Below, piece by piece: positions 10,101 through 18,668 of a stretch of DNA of 64,000 nucleotides (the stretch's first letter is position 1; the number at the start of each line of letters is the position of its first letter). The notes under the pieces are model-generated. The model had not been told where the DNA came from. It saw only the letters and a list, made by a program, of their open reading frames with translations, and made no database searches. The position numbers and the translations under genes are program-made. Source of the stretch: an uncultured Planctomycetota bacterium (lineage in GTDB: Bacteria; Planctomycetota; Planctomycetia; Isosphaerales; Isosphaeraceae). The stretch spans positions 4,544,001 through 4,608,000 of the forward strand of contig CAVTTN010000002.1 in NCBI GenBank assembly GCA_963737655.1, written 5' to 3'.

Positions 10101-10318
10101 GCGCCGATCCGGTGGGCCGAGACCAGGAAGACCAGGAGCAATAATCCGCCGACGAGGTAGCGATCGTAATAGAGGTTCCACGCCACGGCCCGTTCCGGGG
10201 TCCAGGGCTCGGGCGGGGGCGTCGGCGGAGGGGTTTCGGCCCCGGGTGCCCCGTCGCTCGGCGCGGAGAGGGCTTCGGCCGAGGTCGAGGCCGGCGAGGA
10301 CGAATCGGGAGTGGCCAT
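7175..10318 (-). CDS. Large polytopic membrane protein (GT-C-like N-half) with C-terminal TPR-like helical repeats
   Basis: About 12 hydrophobic segments, LWPQLKAGELI..DPFSYS...W.N..WLYE loop, LWANL, TPR-like C-terminus; start taken at MATPD. Confidence 0.7.
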   Translation of the reverse strand: MATPDSSSPASTSAEALSAPSDGAPGAETPPPTPPPEPWTPERAVAWNLYYDRYLVGGLLLLVFLVSAHRIGASQLWPQLKAGELILKKGPLATTTDPFSYSRAGQPWVNVPWLYEVGASLVYGAFPTEPNVAISAIGAGLLVAINAIVRVATAVLLLGLRRRGPGLWWWVVVLAVAMGGVIGPFYSDRMGEQLELALGGIARQTQVGPESFGILLLAGMALLIARGAEEGRNKALYALPALFLLWANLDDSFFFGLLVTTAALGASLIPRSRARDDPAPSPGVVLGVIAASWVAPILNPSLWRIYGAGASPFVTMFSVVFGSDSGSMAPDQVAFFGKKSFSLFASGGDLNAPWLRLWYYLVIVAIGLASFVLNRRRLSPARLAAYLVAALAWGGLARLTGEFAVIFAYSVGRNGQEWYQDHYGVQGRTSSGWTAWSVGGRAITILFLFLTMSRALTGFGYEAGTNRSTFGFGADPSAFDFEAADYLRTAGFKGRVFNLGEQQGDAMIWRAYPIRKTFVDRRRGLPDDGVRHDLDQFRSAFVEDLSDPTARRMVEKPEQWRPILDKYEATVVLFSPRENGPIYEAMRTSTNWIALRDDGRTVLFGRADAKPEDLAFFRENRLDAADLVYKKTQLLKVPDRTPSASTFIDRIIRTRSLAPPQPHLSAAYRWLANGIGPGVGVRPDAAHCYMAIREARTALHFNPDESDAYYVLDRAYDFLLQDEALVLSNKATRRPAEFMAFRQRQRAAALNFSIQTNPPPRNSDERKVLADKYYRLALLYRADGGADLERNALVSARDLVGAAEFPREELQRIEALDEGIGRFKSDMEAASAETNIDPIQRAQRALSAGFPGIALTELEDAEGQGVNADAVLGSLIDLYLRTGQPDKANERLIGRQVNDPALSNGPGTAAYRIAEVEILLGYYGDAVALMRDQAIPAIRYTIASQVLTAGRQVMVGQEAPAIREILEVSGLPGQSGLVETEAEWLAELGLCLLESGQPVEAGKNFVKALEVDPKLPLRPLLEDYLKKLKVPIPGATEEAKPEAKSGA

Positions 10319-10527
10319 CGTGGGAAGATCGCGAAGGGATGCCATCGGCGGCAAACGCCCGACGGCCGAGACGAATGAGGACGAAGCCCCATGCTAGAAC
10401 CCCAGAGTCCCCACGGTCAAGGGCCCGGGAGGCGGCGGCCGCGATCGGCACGGGGTTCGCACCCCATCGGGCGTCCCCGAGGGACTCCGTCTCCGCCCTG
10501 CGCCCTCGGATCGGGGAGACTCCTGGG

Positions 10528-11535
10528 ATGAAGACGACTGAGAAGCTGGCCCTGGGCCTGCTCGCCGGGGCCGGCGCCCTGTGGGGCACGCGGGCCTTCC
10601 TCCGGCATCGCCGATGGATGGACCTTTCCGGCCGGGTGGTCGTGATCACCGGGGCCGACGGCGGATTCGGCCTGATCCTGGCCCGCCAGGTCGCCCAGGC
10701 CGGCGCCGTCGTGGTCCTGGCCGCCCGCAATGCCGAGGCGCTCGAGACGGCCGCCGCCGACCTGCGATCCCACGGGGCCCAGGACGCCCTGGCCGTCCCC
10801 ACCGACGTCTCCGACGAGGACCAGGCCCGCCGCCTGATCCTCACCGCCGCCGAGCGGTTCGGACGGATCGACGTCCTCCTCAACAACGCCGGATTGATGC
10901 TCGTCGGGGCCGTCCCCACCCTGACCATCGAGGACTTCCGCTCGATCCTGAACACGAATTTCTGGGGCACCGTGAATCCGACGATGGCCGCGCTCCCGAT
11001 CATGAGGGAGCAGCAATTCGGGCGGATCGCCAACGTGGTCTCGGTCGGCGGCCGGTTCGTGATCCCCCACATGGCGCCTTACATCGCCAGCAAGTTCGCC
11101 CTGACCGGCTTCACCCGGGCGATCCGGGCCGAGGCCTCGCGGGACAACGTCCTCGTGACCGGCATCTACCCCGCCACGATCCGCACCGGAGGGCACACGC
11201 ACGCCTGGTTCAAGGGGGACACCCAGGGCGAGTACCGGTGGTTCGCCCTGGCCGACACCCTGCCCGGCCTGTCCACGTCGGCCGAAGCGGCGGCGACGCA
11301 GGCGATCCGGGCGATCCAGGGAGGCGATCCCGAGGTCATCATCGGCCTCGCGGCCAGGCTGAACGTCGCCTTCGACGGCCTCTTCCCCGACTGGAGCGCC
11401 GAACTCATGGCCCTCCTCGAACGAGCCATGCCCGCCCCGGCGGATCTCGACGCCCCGGCCGTGCAGGGCCGGGAAATCCGCGGCGAGATTGCCGATTTCG
11501 TCAACCGGCTGGTCCCCTCGGCCGCGAGGCCCTGA
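10528..11535 (+). CDS. Short-chain dehydrogenase/reductase
   Basis: ITGADGGFG, LNNAG, YIASK; N-terminal membrane anchor. Confidence 0.92.
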   Translation: MKTTEKLALGLLAGAGALWGTRAFLRHRRWMDLSGRVVVITGADGGFGLILARQVAQAGAVVVLAARNAEALETAAADLRSHGAQDALAVPTDVSDEDQARRLILTAAERFGRIDVLLNNAGLMLVGAVPTLTIEDFRSILNTNFWGTVNPTMAALPIMREQQFGRIANVVSVGGRFVIPHMAPYIASKFALTGFTRAIRAEASRDNVLVTGIYPATIRTGGHTHAWFKGDTQGEYRWFALADTLPGLSTSAEAAATQAIRAIQGGDPEVIIGLAARLNVAFDGLFPDWSAELMALLERAMPAPADLDAPAVQGREIRGEIADFVNRLVPSAARP

Positions 11536-11587
11536 CCTCTCGGGGAGGGTGCCGCTCCTGCGCTCTCCCTTTCGTCCCCCGGGCCGT

Positions 11588-11593
11588 TAGAAT
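11588..11593 (+). promoter_or_regulatory. Candidate -10 box TAGAAT
   Basis: About 45 bp upstream of the ATG at 11638. Confidence 0.4.
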
Positions 11594-11637
11594 GGGGCCG
11601 TCGCGCCCGCCCCATTCCCCGACGGCAGCCCACACCG

Positions 11638-12621
11638 ATGCCCACCGTCCTGATCGGCTCCGGCCCGATTCGCAATGAGCCCGGCACGTTCCGAACGCTC
11701 CTCGAAGCGGCCGGGTTCACCACGATCGACCCGCCCGGCCACGGCCCGTTGACCCAGGAGCAATTGCTGGCCGACCTGCCGAAGGCCGATGCCATCCTCG
11801 CCGGGGGGGAGCCGTTGCGGGCCTCGGTGATCGAAGCGAGCCCGAACCTCCGCGCCATCGCCCGGACCGGCGTGGGCTACGAGGCCGTGGACCTGGCCGC
11901 CGCCAACGCCCGGAAGATCGCCGTGGCCATCACCCCGGGGACCAACCAGGAGAGCGTGGCCGAGCACGCGTTCGCCCTCCTGCTCGCCCTGACCCGCCGG
12001 ATCGCCCTGAATGACCGGATCATCCGCGACGGCGGATGGGACCGGACGATCGTCGAGCCGATCCGGGGCAAGACGCTGGGACTCGTCGGCCTCGGCCGGA
12101 TCGGCCGGGCGATGGTCCCCCGGGCCCGGGCCTTCGGCCTCGACGTGATCTCGTACGAGCCGGTCGCCGACGACACCTATGATGCCCAGTGGGGAATCCG
12201 CCGGATGCCCCTGCCCGACCTCCTGGCCGAAGCGGACATCGTCAGCCTCCATCTCCCCCTGACCGACCCGACCCGCGGCCTCTTCCACCGCGAAATCTTC
12301 GCCAGGATGAAGCGCGGCGCCCTGTTCCTCAACACCGCCCGGGGCGGGCTGGTGATCGAGGACGACCTGTACGAGGCCCTGGTCTCGGGCCACCTCGCCG
12401 GGGCCGGCCTCGACGTCTTCGACCCCGAGCCGCCGTCGGCCGGAAACCCTTTGCTGCAACTGCCCAACGTCGTCTCCAGCCCCCACATGGGCGGGATCGA
12501 CTCGAAGGCCATGGACGACATGGCCACCCTGGCCGCCCAGGTCGTCATCGACCTCCACCAGGGCCGATGGCCCGCCGAATGCCTCGTCAATCCGGAGATC
12601 GGGCCGGGCTGGCGATGGTAA
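11638..12621 (+). CDS. Phosphoglycerate dehydrogenase-like D-2-hydroxyacid dehydrogenase
   Basis: ARTGVGY, SVAEH, GLGRIG, NTARGGLV, LDVFDPEP, SPHMGG. Confidence 0.9.
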   Translation: MPTVLIGSGPIRNEPGTFRTLLEAAGFTTIDPPGHGPLTQEQLLADLPKADAILAGGEPLRASVIEASPNLRAIARTGVGYEAVDLAAANARKIAVAITPGTNQESVAEHAFALLLALTRRIALNDRIIRDGGWDRTIVEPIRGKTLGLVGLGRIGRAMVPRARAFGLDVISYEPVADDTYDAQWGIRRMPLPDLLAEADIVSLHLPLTDPTRGLFHREIFARMKRGALFLNTARGGLVIEDDLYEALVSGHLAGAGLDVFDPEPPSAGNPLLQLPNVVSSPHMGGIDSKAMDDMATLAAQVVIDLHQGRWPAECLVNPEIGPGWRW

Positions 12622-12623
12622 GA

Positions 12624-12679
12624 AAAAATGGTGTCCGGTCAGATCTTCGATCCCGAAGATCTGACCGGACACCATTTTT
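12624..12679. terminator. Perfect 26-bp inverted repeat between convergent genes (bidirectional terminator or palindromic repeat)
   Basis: AAAAATGGTGTCCGGTCAGATCTTCG-atcc-CGAAGATCTGACCGGACACCATTTTT. Confidence 0.7.
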
Positions 12680-12703
12680 CATTTCGTCCCGTCCCGGCCT
12701 TTT

Positions 12704-13033
12704 TCAGACCTGGAACGAGCTCCCGCAGCCGCAGCTCTTGACGACGTTCGGGTTGTTGAAGACGAACCCGCGCTTTTCCAGGCCGTCGTAGAAGTCGACG
12801 ACGGTGCCGTCGAGGTACGGGTCGAACTTCTTCTCCACGGCCATGCGGATGCCGTGGAATTCCTGGACGCGGTCCTTCTCGGTCGTCTGGGTGTCGAAGT
12901 TCAGGCTATAGGAGAAGCCCGAGCAGCCTCCGCCCTGGACGCCGACCCTCAGGACGGTGCCCTCGGGCAGGTTCTGGTCGGTGATGATCTTCTTGACCTC
13001 GGCGGCGGCCTTCTCGCTCAGGGTCACGGGCAT
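12704..13033 (-). CDS. iscA: A-type Fe-S cluster carrier (HesB/IscA/ErpA family)
   Basis: GGGCSGFSY and NPN...CGCGSSF motifs; lies downstream of iscS. Confidence 0.93.
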   Translation of the reverse strand: MPVTLSEKAAAEVKKIITDQNLPEGTVLRVGVQGGGCSGFSYSLNFDTQTTEKDRVQEFHGIRMAVEKKFDPYLDGTVVDFYDGLEKRGFVFNNPNVVKSCGCGSSFQV

Positions 13034-13119
13034 GGATCGCCTCCTTGGGAGGTGCAGTCGTGAGGACGGCTCAGCTCAGCTCGGCGCGGGGTGAAGGACC
13101 GCGCGGATACAGTGGTATC

Positions 13120-14319
13120 CTACACCGGCCCCGGGACCTCTTCAAGACGCCCGGACCACGCATCGCTATGGACCCGCAGACGGCCCACCGCCTCGGCCAC
13201 GGCGCCGACGGCGAAATCGACCTCGTCCTCGGTCGTATACCGCCCCAGGCCGAACCGGAGGCTGGCTCGGGCGAGGTCCTCGTCGAGCCCGATCGCCATC
13301 AGCACGTGGCTCGGTTCGGGATTGGCCGAAGTGCAGGCCGAGCCGGAGCTTACGGCCACGTCGCGCATGGCCATCATCAGCGCCTCGCCGTCCACGAACG
13401 CGAAGCTCAGATTCAGGTTCCCCGGGAGCCTCCGGCTCGGATGGCCGTTCAACCGGATGCCTTCGACCCGTTCGATCAACCCGCGATGGAGCCGCTCGCG
13501 GAGGGCCAGAATCCGGGCGGCCTCGGCCTCCCTCTCGGCCACGGCGATCTCGATGGCCGTGCCCAGGCCGACCACCAGGGGGACGGGCACGGTCCCGCTC
13601 CGCATCCCCCGCTCATGGCCGCCGCCGTCGAGCATCGGGACGATCTTCACGGGCGAGTCCCGACGCCGGACGAACATCGCCCCAACCCCTTTGGGGCCAT
13701 AGATCTTGTGGGCAGTCAGGGCGAGCAGGTCGATCGAATCCTCGGTCACATCCAGCGGCACCTTGCCGACGGCCTGGGTGGCGTCGGTATGGAACAGGAT
13801 GCCCCGATCGCGGCAGAGGCGGCCGATCTCGGCCACCGGGTTGAGCGTGCCGACCTCGTTGTTCGCGGCGATCACCGAGACCAGGACCGTCCGATCGGTC
13901 AGGACCGCCGCGATCACCTCCGCCGAGACGGTCCCGAACTCGTCGGGCCGGACGATCGTGACGTCCCAGCCCTCGCGTCCCAGCCGCTTCATGGAGTCCA
14001 GCACGGACTTGTGCTCGACGGCCGAGGTGACGAGGTGGTTCCCCTTCTTCCTCAGGGCCGGGGTCGCCCCCTTGAGGGCCAGGTTGTTCGCCTCCGAGGC
14101 CCCCGACGTGAACACGATCTCCCGAGGCTCCGCGCCGATCGCCGAGGCGACCTTCGCCCGGGCCTCCTCGACGGCCGCCGAGGCATCCCAGCCGAACCGG
14201 TGCGAGACGCTCGCCGAATTGCCATAAATCGAGGTGAAATACGGCATCATCGCCGAGACGACCCGGGGGTCGGGGCGGGTCGTGGCATGGTTGTCGAGAT
14301 AGATCGGCAAATCAAGCAC
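13120..14319 (-). CDS. iscS: Cysteine desulfurase
   Basis: IYLDNHATT, HTDATQAVGK, TAHKIYGPKG, SSGSACTS; GTG start inferred. Confidence 0.95.
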   Translation of the reverse strand: MLDLPIYLDNHATTRPDPRVVSAMMPYFTSIYGNSASVSHRFGWDASAAVEEARAKVASAIGAEPREIVFTSGASEANNLALKGATPALRKKGNHLVTSAVEHKSVLDSMKRLGREGWDVTIVRPDEFGTVSAEVIAAVLTDRTVLVSVIAANNEVGTLNPVAEIGRLCRDRGILFHTDATQAVGKVPLDVTEDSIDLLALTAHKIYGPKGVGAMFVRRRDSPVKIVPMLDGGGHERGMRSGTVPVPLVVGLGTAIEIAVAEREAEAARILALRERLHRGLIERVEGIRLNGHPSRRLPGNLNLSFAFVDGEALMMAMRDVAVSSGSACTSANPEPSHVLMAIGLDEDLARASLRFGLGRYTTEDEVDFAVGAVAEAVGRLRVHSDAWSGRLEEVPGPV

Positions 14320-14470
14320 GCGAAGGGTCTCCGGCGGAGGGTCGAGGCCGCTCCATCGTAGGCGATCCGGCGACGGAAAGCCAAGGTGGTACTTTCGCCG
14401 TCCCGACACGATGTTCTTCGTGTGCAATGCGGGGCATGCTTAGAGCGGTTCTCGGTCGGATTACGCACAC

Positions 14471-14529
14471 GTAGGGCAGGCCTTGGCCTGCCGAGAGTGG
14501 CGAAGACGGCAGGCCAAGGCCTGCCCTAC
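14471..14529. repeat. REP doublet (GTAGGGCAGGCC family)
   Basis: GTAGGGCAGGCCTTGGCCTGCCG ... CGGCAGGCCAAGGCCTGCCCTAC; near-identical copy at 30006-30062. Confidence 0.9.
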
Positions 14530-14567
14530 GAAGACCGTCGCGCGCCATTCGTTCGTGGTCCGCTCTA

Positions 14568-14641
14568 GTCCGCGTAAGCAAGGCTTCGGTTTCGGTCATG
14601 CAAGCGGAAGACATGCTTACGCGGACGTAAGCATGCCACCC
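14568..14641. repeat. REP-like palindrome (GTGG-CATGCTTACG family)
   Basis: GTCCGCGTAAGCA ... TGCTTACGCGGAC plus the hairpin CATGCTTACG-cgga-CGTAAGCATG followed by CCAC. Confidence 0.65.
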
Positions 14642-14660
14642 GGGGCGCCCATGACGCGGT

Positions 14661-14912
14661 TCACAGGGTCGGCGTGTGGACACCCAGCGTGAGGGCGTTG
14701 AAGAAGACGACGTGGCCGCATTTCTTGCATTCGAACTGGACCAGGGGGATCATGGCGCCTCGGCGGAGGATCTGCGGGCCGTGGACCTCGGCGGGTGGCA
14801 GGATGTCCTCGATCGCCCAGTCGTCGGACCCGCAGATGTAACACCTCGGGTCGATCTCCTTCGACTCGAAGAACCGCTTGATCGCCTCGAACTGCTCGAT
14901 GGTGGGGAGCAT
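14661..14912 (-). CDS. Small zinc-ribbon protein (83 aa)
   Basis: MLPTIEQF..., CYICG...CKKCGH; GGAGG upstream; hidden at the end of a spurious long ORF. Confidence 0.8.
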   Translation of the reverse strand: MLPTIEQFEAIKRFFESKEIDPRCYICGSDDWAIEDILPPAEVHGPQILRRGAMIPLVQFECKKCGHVVFFNALTLGVHTPTL

Positions 14913-15001
14913 TACCGGCCTCCGTCGGATCGACGTGTGTGCCAGGAAGGCACGCAGATGGCGTGCCGAAGATTCCCCGCCTGGACGGCTCCGGGGCGGG
15001 G

Positions 15002-16228
15002 TCACTTCGCGAAGGGGCGGAGGGCCTGGCGCATGGCTTCGGCGCTGGGGAAGCGGTCGGTTGGCGTCTTTTCCAGGGCCTTGTGGATGAGGGCGGCGAG
15101 GGCGTCGGGGATCTCGGGGCGGTGGGATTGGATCGGGATCGGGGGCTCGGTGAGGATCAGGGGGACTAGCCGATCGGTCCTGCCGTGGAAGTCGAAGATC
15201 TTGGCTCCGGTCAGGAGGTTGTAGAGGGTCGCCCCCAGGGCGTAGAGGTCGGCCGGGGGCTTGGCTTCCCGGAAGTGGGTGATCTGCTCGGGCGGCATGT
15301 AGGCGAGCGTCCCGCCGGCCTGGCCGCTCACGCTCAGGCCGCTGAGGCTGGATTCCTGATACACCCGGGCCAGGCCGAAATCCGCGAGCTTCAGCCGGGT
15401 CTTGCCCTGGACCTTCGTGATCAAGAGGTTCTCGGGCTTGATGTCTCGGTGGACGAATCCCAGGTCGTGGGCGTACTTCAGGGCGTCGAGCGCCTGGCAG
15501 GCCAGCCCGGCCGCGACCTTGATCGGCATCGGCCCTCGGGTCTTCACGAGGTCCGCCGCGTTCTTGCCCTCGACGTATTCCATGACGAAGAAGATCCGCC
15601 CCCGGGCGAAGCCGATCTCCTCGAACCGGACGATGTGGCGGTGGTCGAGCCTCCGGAGGATGCTGGCCTCGCGGAGGAACCGGCTCAGGATGGCGTCGTC
15701 GGCGGCGTGGGCCTGGCGGATCGACTTGAGGGCGACCCTGGAGCCGTCGGATTCGCGGCGGGCGAGGTGGACGACGCCCATCCCGCCCTGCCCGAGCATC
15801 CGTTCGAGGGCGAAGCCCGGGTAGGGCGAAGGCTCGGCCGCGAGGTCCGGGACCGCCAGGGCCGGGCCGAGGACCGTCACCGGCCACTGGGGGGCCGTCT
15901 CGCCTTCGGCGATCCCGGGGTCCTCCTCCGGCTCCAGGGCGAAGTTCAGGACCGTGTTGCCGGCGCGGATCTGGTCGCCGTGGGCGAGGTCGGCCGAGTG
16001 GACCTTCCTGCCGTTGACCCGGACCCCATTGGTGCTGGCCATGTCCATCAGCCGGCACAGGGGCGGGTTGACCTCGACGAGGAAATGGACCCTCGACAGG
16101 GCCGGGTCCTTCAAGGGGAGGCGGAACTGCGATTCGGAGGAGCGTCCCACGACGAAGGCGTCGTGGTCGCGGAACTCGAACTCCGCGCCGAGGTGCGGAC
16201 CCTCGACGACCGTTAGCTTCACCTTCAT
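15002..16228 (-). CDS. FHA-domain Ser/Thr protein kinase
   Basis: FHA (VGRS, LSRVH, STNG) plus GQGGMG, VALK, HRDIKPEN, DFG, YMPPE. Confidence 0.95.
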   Translation of the reverse strand: MKVKLTVVEGPHLGAEFEFRDHDAFVVGRSSESQFRLPLKDPALSRVHFLVEVNPPLCRLMDMASTNGVRVNGRKVHSADLAHGDQIRAGNTVLNFALEPEEDPGIAEGETAPQWPVTVLGPALAVPDLAAEPSPYPGFALERMLGQGGMGVVHLARRESDGSRVALKSIRQAHAADDAILSRFLREASILRRLDHRHIVRFEEIGFARGRIFFVMEYVEGKNAADLVKTRGPMPIKVAAGLACQALDALKYAHDLGFVHRDIKPENLLITKVQGKTRLKLADFGLARVYQESSLSGLSVSGQAGGTLAYMPPEQITHFREAKPPADLYALGATLYNLLTGAKIFDFHGRTDRLVPLILTEPPIPIQSHRPEIPDALAALIHKALEKTPTDRFPSAEAMRQALRPFAK

Positions 16229-16375
16229 GGTCCGCTCGCCGCTCCCGGCACCGCCTCGCCGATCTGCCGTCCTCGCCGAGGTTCCATCCAGGATGGTCGG
16301 GCCTCGGGGCGATCGCAAGGCCCTCCCGATCGCATCGCCCGGGGGGGTGGGGATGCGATCGGGGGCCGTCCCGGC

Positions 16376-18247
16376 TCAGGTCGTGCTGGGGGCCGTCCGG
16401 CTGATGGTCATGGTCACGCTCTGGCCGCCGTTGAGCAGGGCGCTATCCTGGCCCACGATCCCCGAAGCCGAGAGGATCAGTTGCAGGGTGCCCTTGGTCG
16501 GGGCCGCCTGCTTGAGGTTGATCGTGGTGGTGAACGTCGAGGCGTCATAAGAGACGCTCTTGATCGCCAGGAACTTCTTGCCCTTGGTGCCGTTGCGCAC
16601 CTGATAGGACGAGACGCTGCCGGCCAGGACCGGGTTCAACGCGGTGTTGAACTGGACGGTCACGACCTTGCCCCCCTTGACCTTCTTGCCGGTGCCCGTG
16701 GTGAGGCTCACGACCGAGAGGGCCAGGGGCGCCGGGGCGGTGGTCCGGGCCACTCCCCCGCCGGTGGAGAAGACGATCTTGCCGTCGCCCTGGAGCGCGA
16801 TGTTGCCGTAGGGCGTCGCCCCTCCCAGGAGGCCGACGCCTCCGGTGCCGTACGAGGAATCCAGGGCCCCGGCGGTCGTGAGCTTGGCGAACAGGCCGAT
16901 GGAATCATACTGGCCCGGCCGCGAGGCCGTCCCGGCGACGACCAGGGAGCCGTCGGGCAGGACGACCAGGCCGGAGCCCGTGGTGCTGACGGCCGTGCCG
17001 AGCAGGGTCGAGGGCATGGCGAACTTGCCGGTCGTGTTGAACGTCGTGTCCAGGGCGCCCGAGGAGGTCAGGCGGGTCACGGTCAGGTCGCTCGTGGAGT
17101 TCGCCGAGTTGCCGGCCGACGAGGAACCCGTGCTGACCGACGAGGTCCCGACCAGGACGATATTGGTGCCGGCCAGGGCCACGGCGGAGGCGGAGTCCGA
17201 CTTGTCGCCGCCGAGGTCGTAGGCCACCGTCTTCTTGCCGCCGGTGCCGAAGGAGCCGTCGAGCGAGCCGTCGGAGTTCAGCCGGGCCACCGCGATATCG
17301 CTCGTGGAGAAGGTATCCGCGCCCGAGGTGATGTCGGCCAGCCCGGCCGAGCCGGCGAGGATGACCTTGCCGTCGCTGCCCACGGTCACCGCCGAGGCGA
17401 TGTCGGAATTCGCCCCGCCGAGGTCGAAGGCGACGACCTGCTCGCCGGTCTTGTTGAACGTCGTGTCGAGGCTGCCGTCGGCGTTCAGCCGGGCCACGGC
17501 CATGTCCTGCGACCCGAGGACCGGCGTCCCGTTGACGACCGAGCCCGGGGTCTGCGTGCTCCCGGCCACGACGATCTTGCCGCCGGGGGCCAGGGCCAGG
17601 CTCGTGGGCGTGTCGGAGACGTTGCCGGTGGTGTTGGTCGGGGTGAAATCGACGAGGCGATAGCCCGTGCCATTGAACGACGTGTCGATCGTGCCGTTGG
17701 CGTTGAGCCGGGCCACGGCGAAATCGGCGATGGTGTTGGTCACTCCCGAGCCGAGGTTCCTCGTCGAGGTGCTGCCCAGGACCAGGATCTTGCCGTCGCT
17801 CTGGATGGCCAGGTCCACGCCCGTGCCGTCCAGGGCGGTGGTCCCCGAGGTCAGGGCGATCGTCGCCACCCCGTTCGTGCCGAAGCCGTTGTCGATCGTG
17901 GAATTCGCGTTCAGCCGCTCCACGATCACGTCGGTGGAACTGGTGGAGGAGGTGGCCGTCGAGGTGTAGGTGCTGCGGGTCCCGACGGCCAGGATCTTGC
18001 CATCGGACTGGATCGCGACGTTGCCGAAGTAGCTGTAGATGGACGTGGCGTTCCCGCTGCTCGATGGGTTGCTGGACAGGGAGATGCCGCCCAGCCCGAA
18101 CGTCGGGTCGAGCCCGAGCGCCGCCATCAGGTCGCGATTCTCCAGGCCCTCCACTCGCAAGGGGCGGACCAGGCGAGAGCGGCGACGGCGATCGACCCGG
18201 GACGCGGCGGACGCGACGGGGACGGGATTTCGGAAGAACATGAACAT
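16376..18247 (-). CDS. Extracellular delta-60 repeat beta-propeller protein with planctomycete N-terminal motif
   Basis: RRRSR..LRVEGLENRDLMA; repeated QSDGKIL.AG and VARLN.DGSLD.TF..G units; Ser/Thr/Gly-rich. Confidence 0.88.
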   Translation of the reverse strand: MFMFFRNPVPVASAASRVDRRRRSRLVRPLRVEGLENRDLMAALGLDPTFGLGGISLSSNPSSSGNATSIYSYFGNVAIQSDGKILAVGTRSTYTSTATSSTSSTDVIVERLNANSTIDNGFGTNGVATIALTSGTTALDGTGVDLAIQSDGKILVLGSTSTRNLGSGVTNTIADFAVARLNANGTIDTSFNGTGYRLVDFTPTNTTGNVSDTPTSLALAPGGKIVVAGSTQTPGSVVNGTPVLGSQDMAVARLNADGSLDTTFNKTGEQVVAFDLGGANSDIASAVTVGSDGKVILAGSAGLADITSGADTFSTSDIAVARLNSDGSLDGSFGTGGKKTVAYDLGGDKSDSASAVALAGTNIVLVGTSSVSTGSSSAGNSANSTSDLTVTRLTSSGALDTTFNTTGKFAMPSTLLGTAVSTTGSGLVVLPDGSLVVAGTASRPGQYDSIGLFAKLTTAGALDSSYGTGGVGLLGGATPYGNIALQGDGKIVFSTGGGVARTTAPAPLALSVVSLTTGTGKKVKGGKVVTVQFNTALNPVLAGSVSSYQVRNGTKGKKFLAIKSVSYDASTFTTTINLKQAAPTKGTLQLILSASGIVGQDSALLNGGQSVTMTISRTAPSTT

Positions 18248-18494
18248 GAAGTTACCTTCTCGATCGAACGATTGCGGGCGGATCCTTCCCGGTCGGTACG
18301 AATCCGTTCGAGGACGGAGCCACCCTCGCCGGCCCGGCGGTGATGCGATGTCACCTCCCGGGGAATCGGCGAGGGACTGGAGCGTCCCATCGGCTGGGGT
18401 CTTCCCGATCGGACCTGACGTGGGGGGTCCGACCTCGCGAGGTGGGCGATCTTCGCCGCTGGGGGAGACTGTACCCGGTGACTCCGAGCCCAAA

Positions 18495-18519
18495 TACGGG
18501 CGTCCGGTCGGGATGTTCC
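18495..18519 (-). promoter_or_regulatory. Candidate ECF sigma promoter GGAAC-N16-CGTA
   Basis: Minus strand reads GGAACatcccgaccggacgccCGTA, about 250 bp upstream of the delta-60 gene. Confidence 0.3.
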
Positions 18520-18668
18520 GATTTTCCTCCATTTGCCGCCTTCCTTCGCCCGGGGAGTCCGACGCGAATCCCCGCCCGATGCCATCGGCAAGGCCGGGCG
18601 AGCGGAGCGTTTCGGCGGGTTCGGGGATGGGAGACCGGAGGCGGCCCATCGGCGGCCGACCGCGCGGC

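Noticed and set aside
7061..10144. Very long antisense or alternate-frame ORFs (e.g. 7061-10144, 30033-33278, 56767-60492)
   Set aside because: Shadows of real genes caused by high GC and codon bias; Arg/Gly/Pro-rich with no motifs
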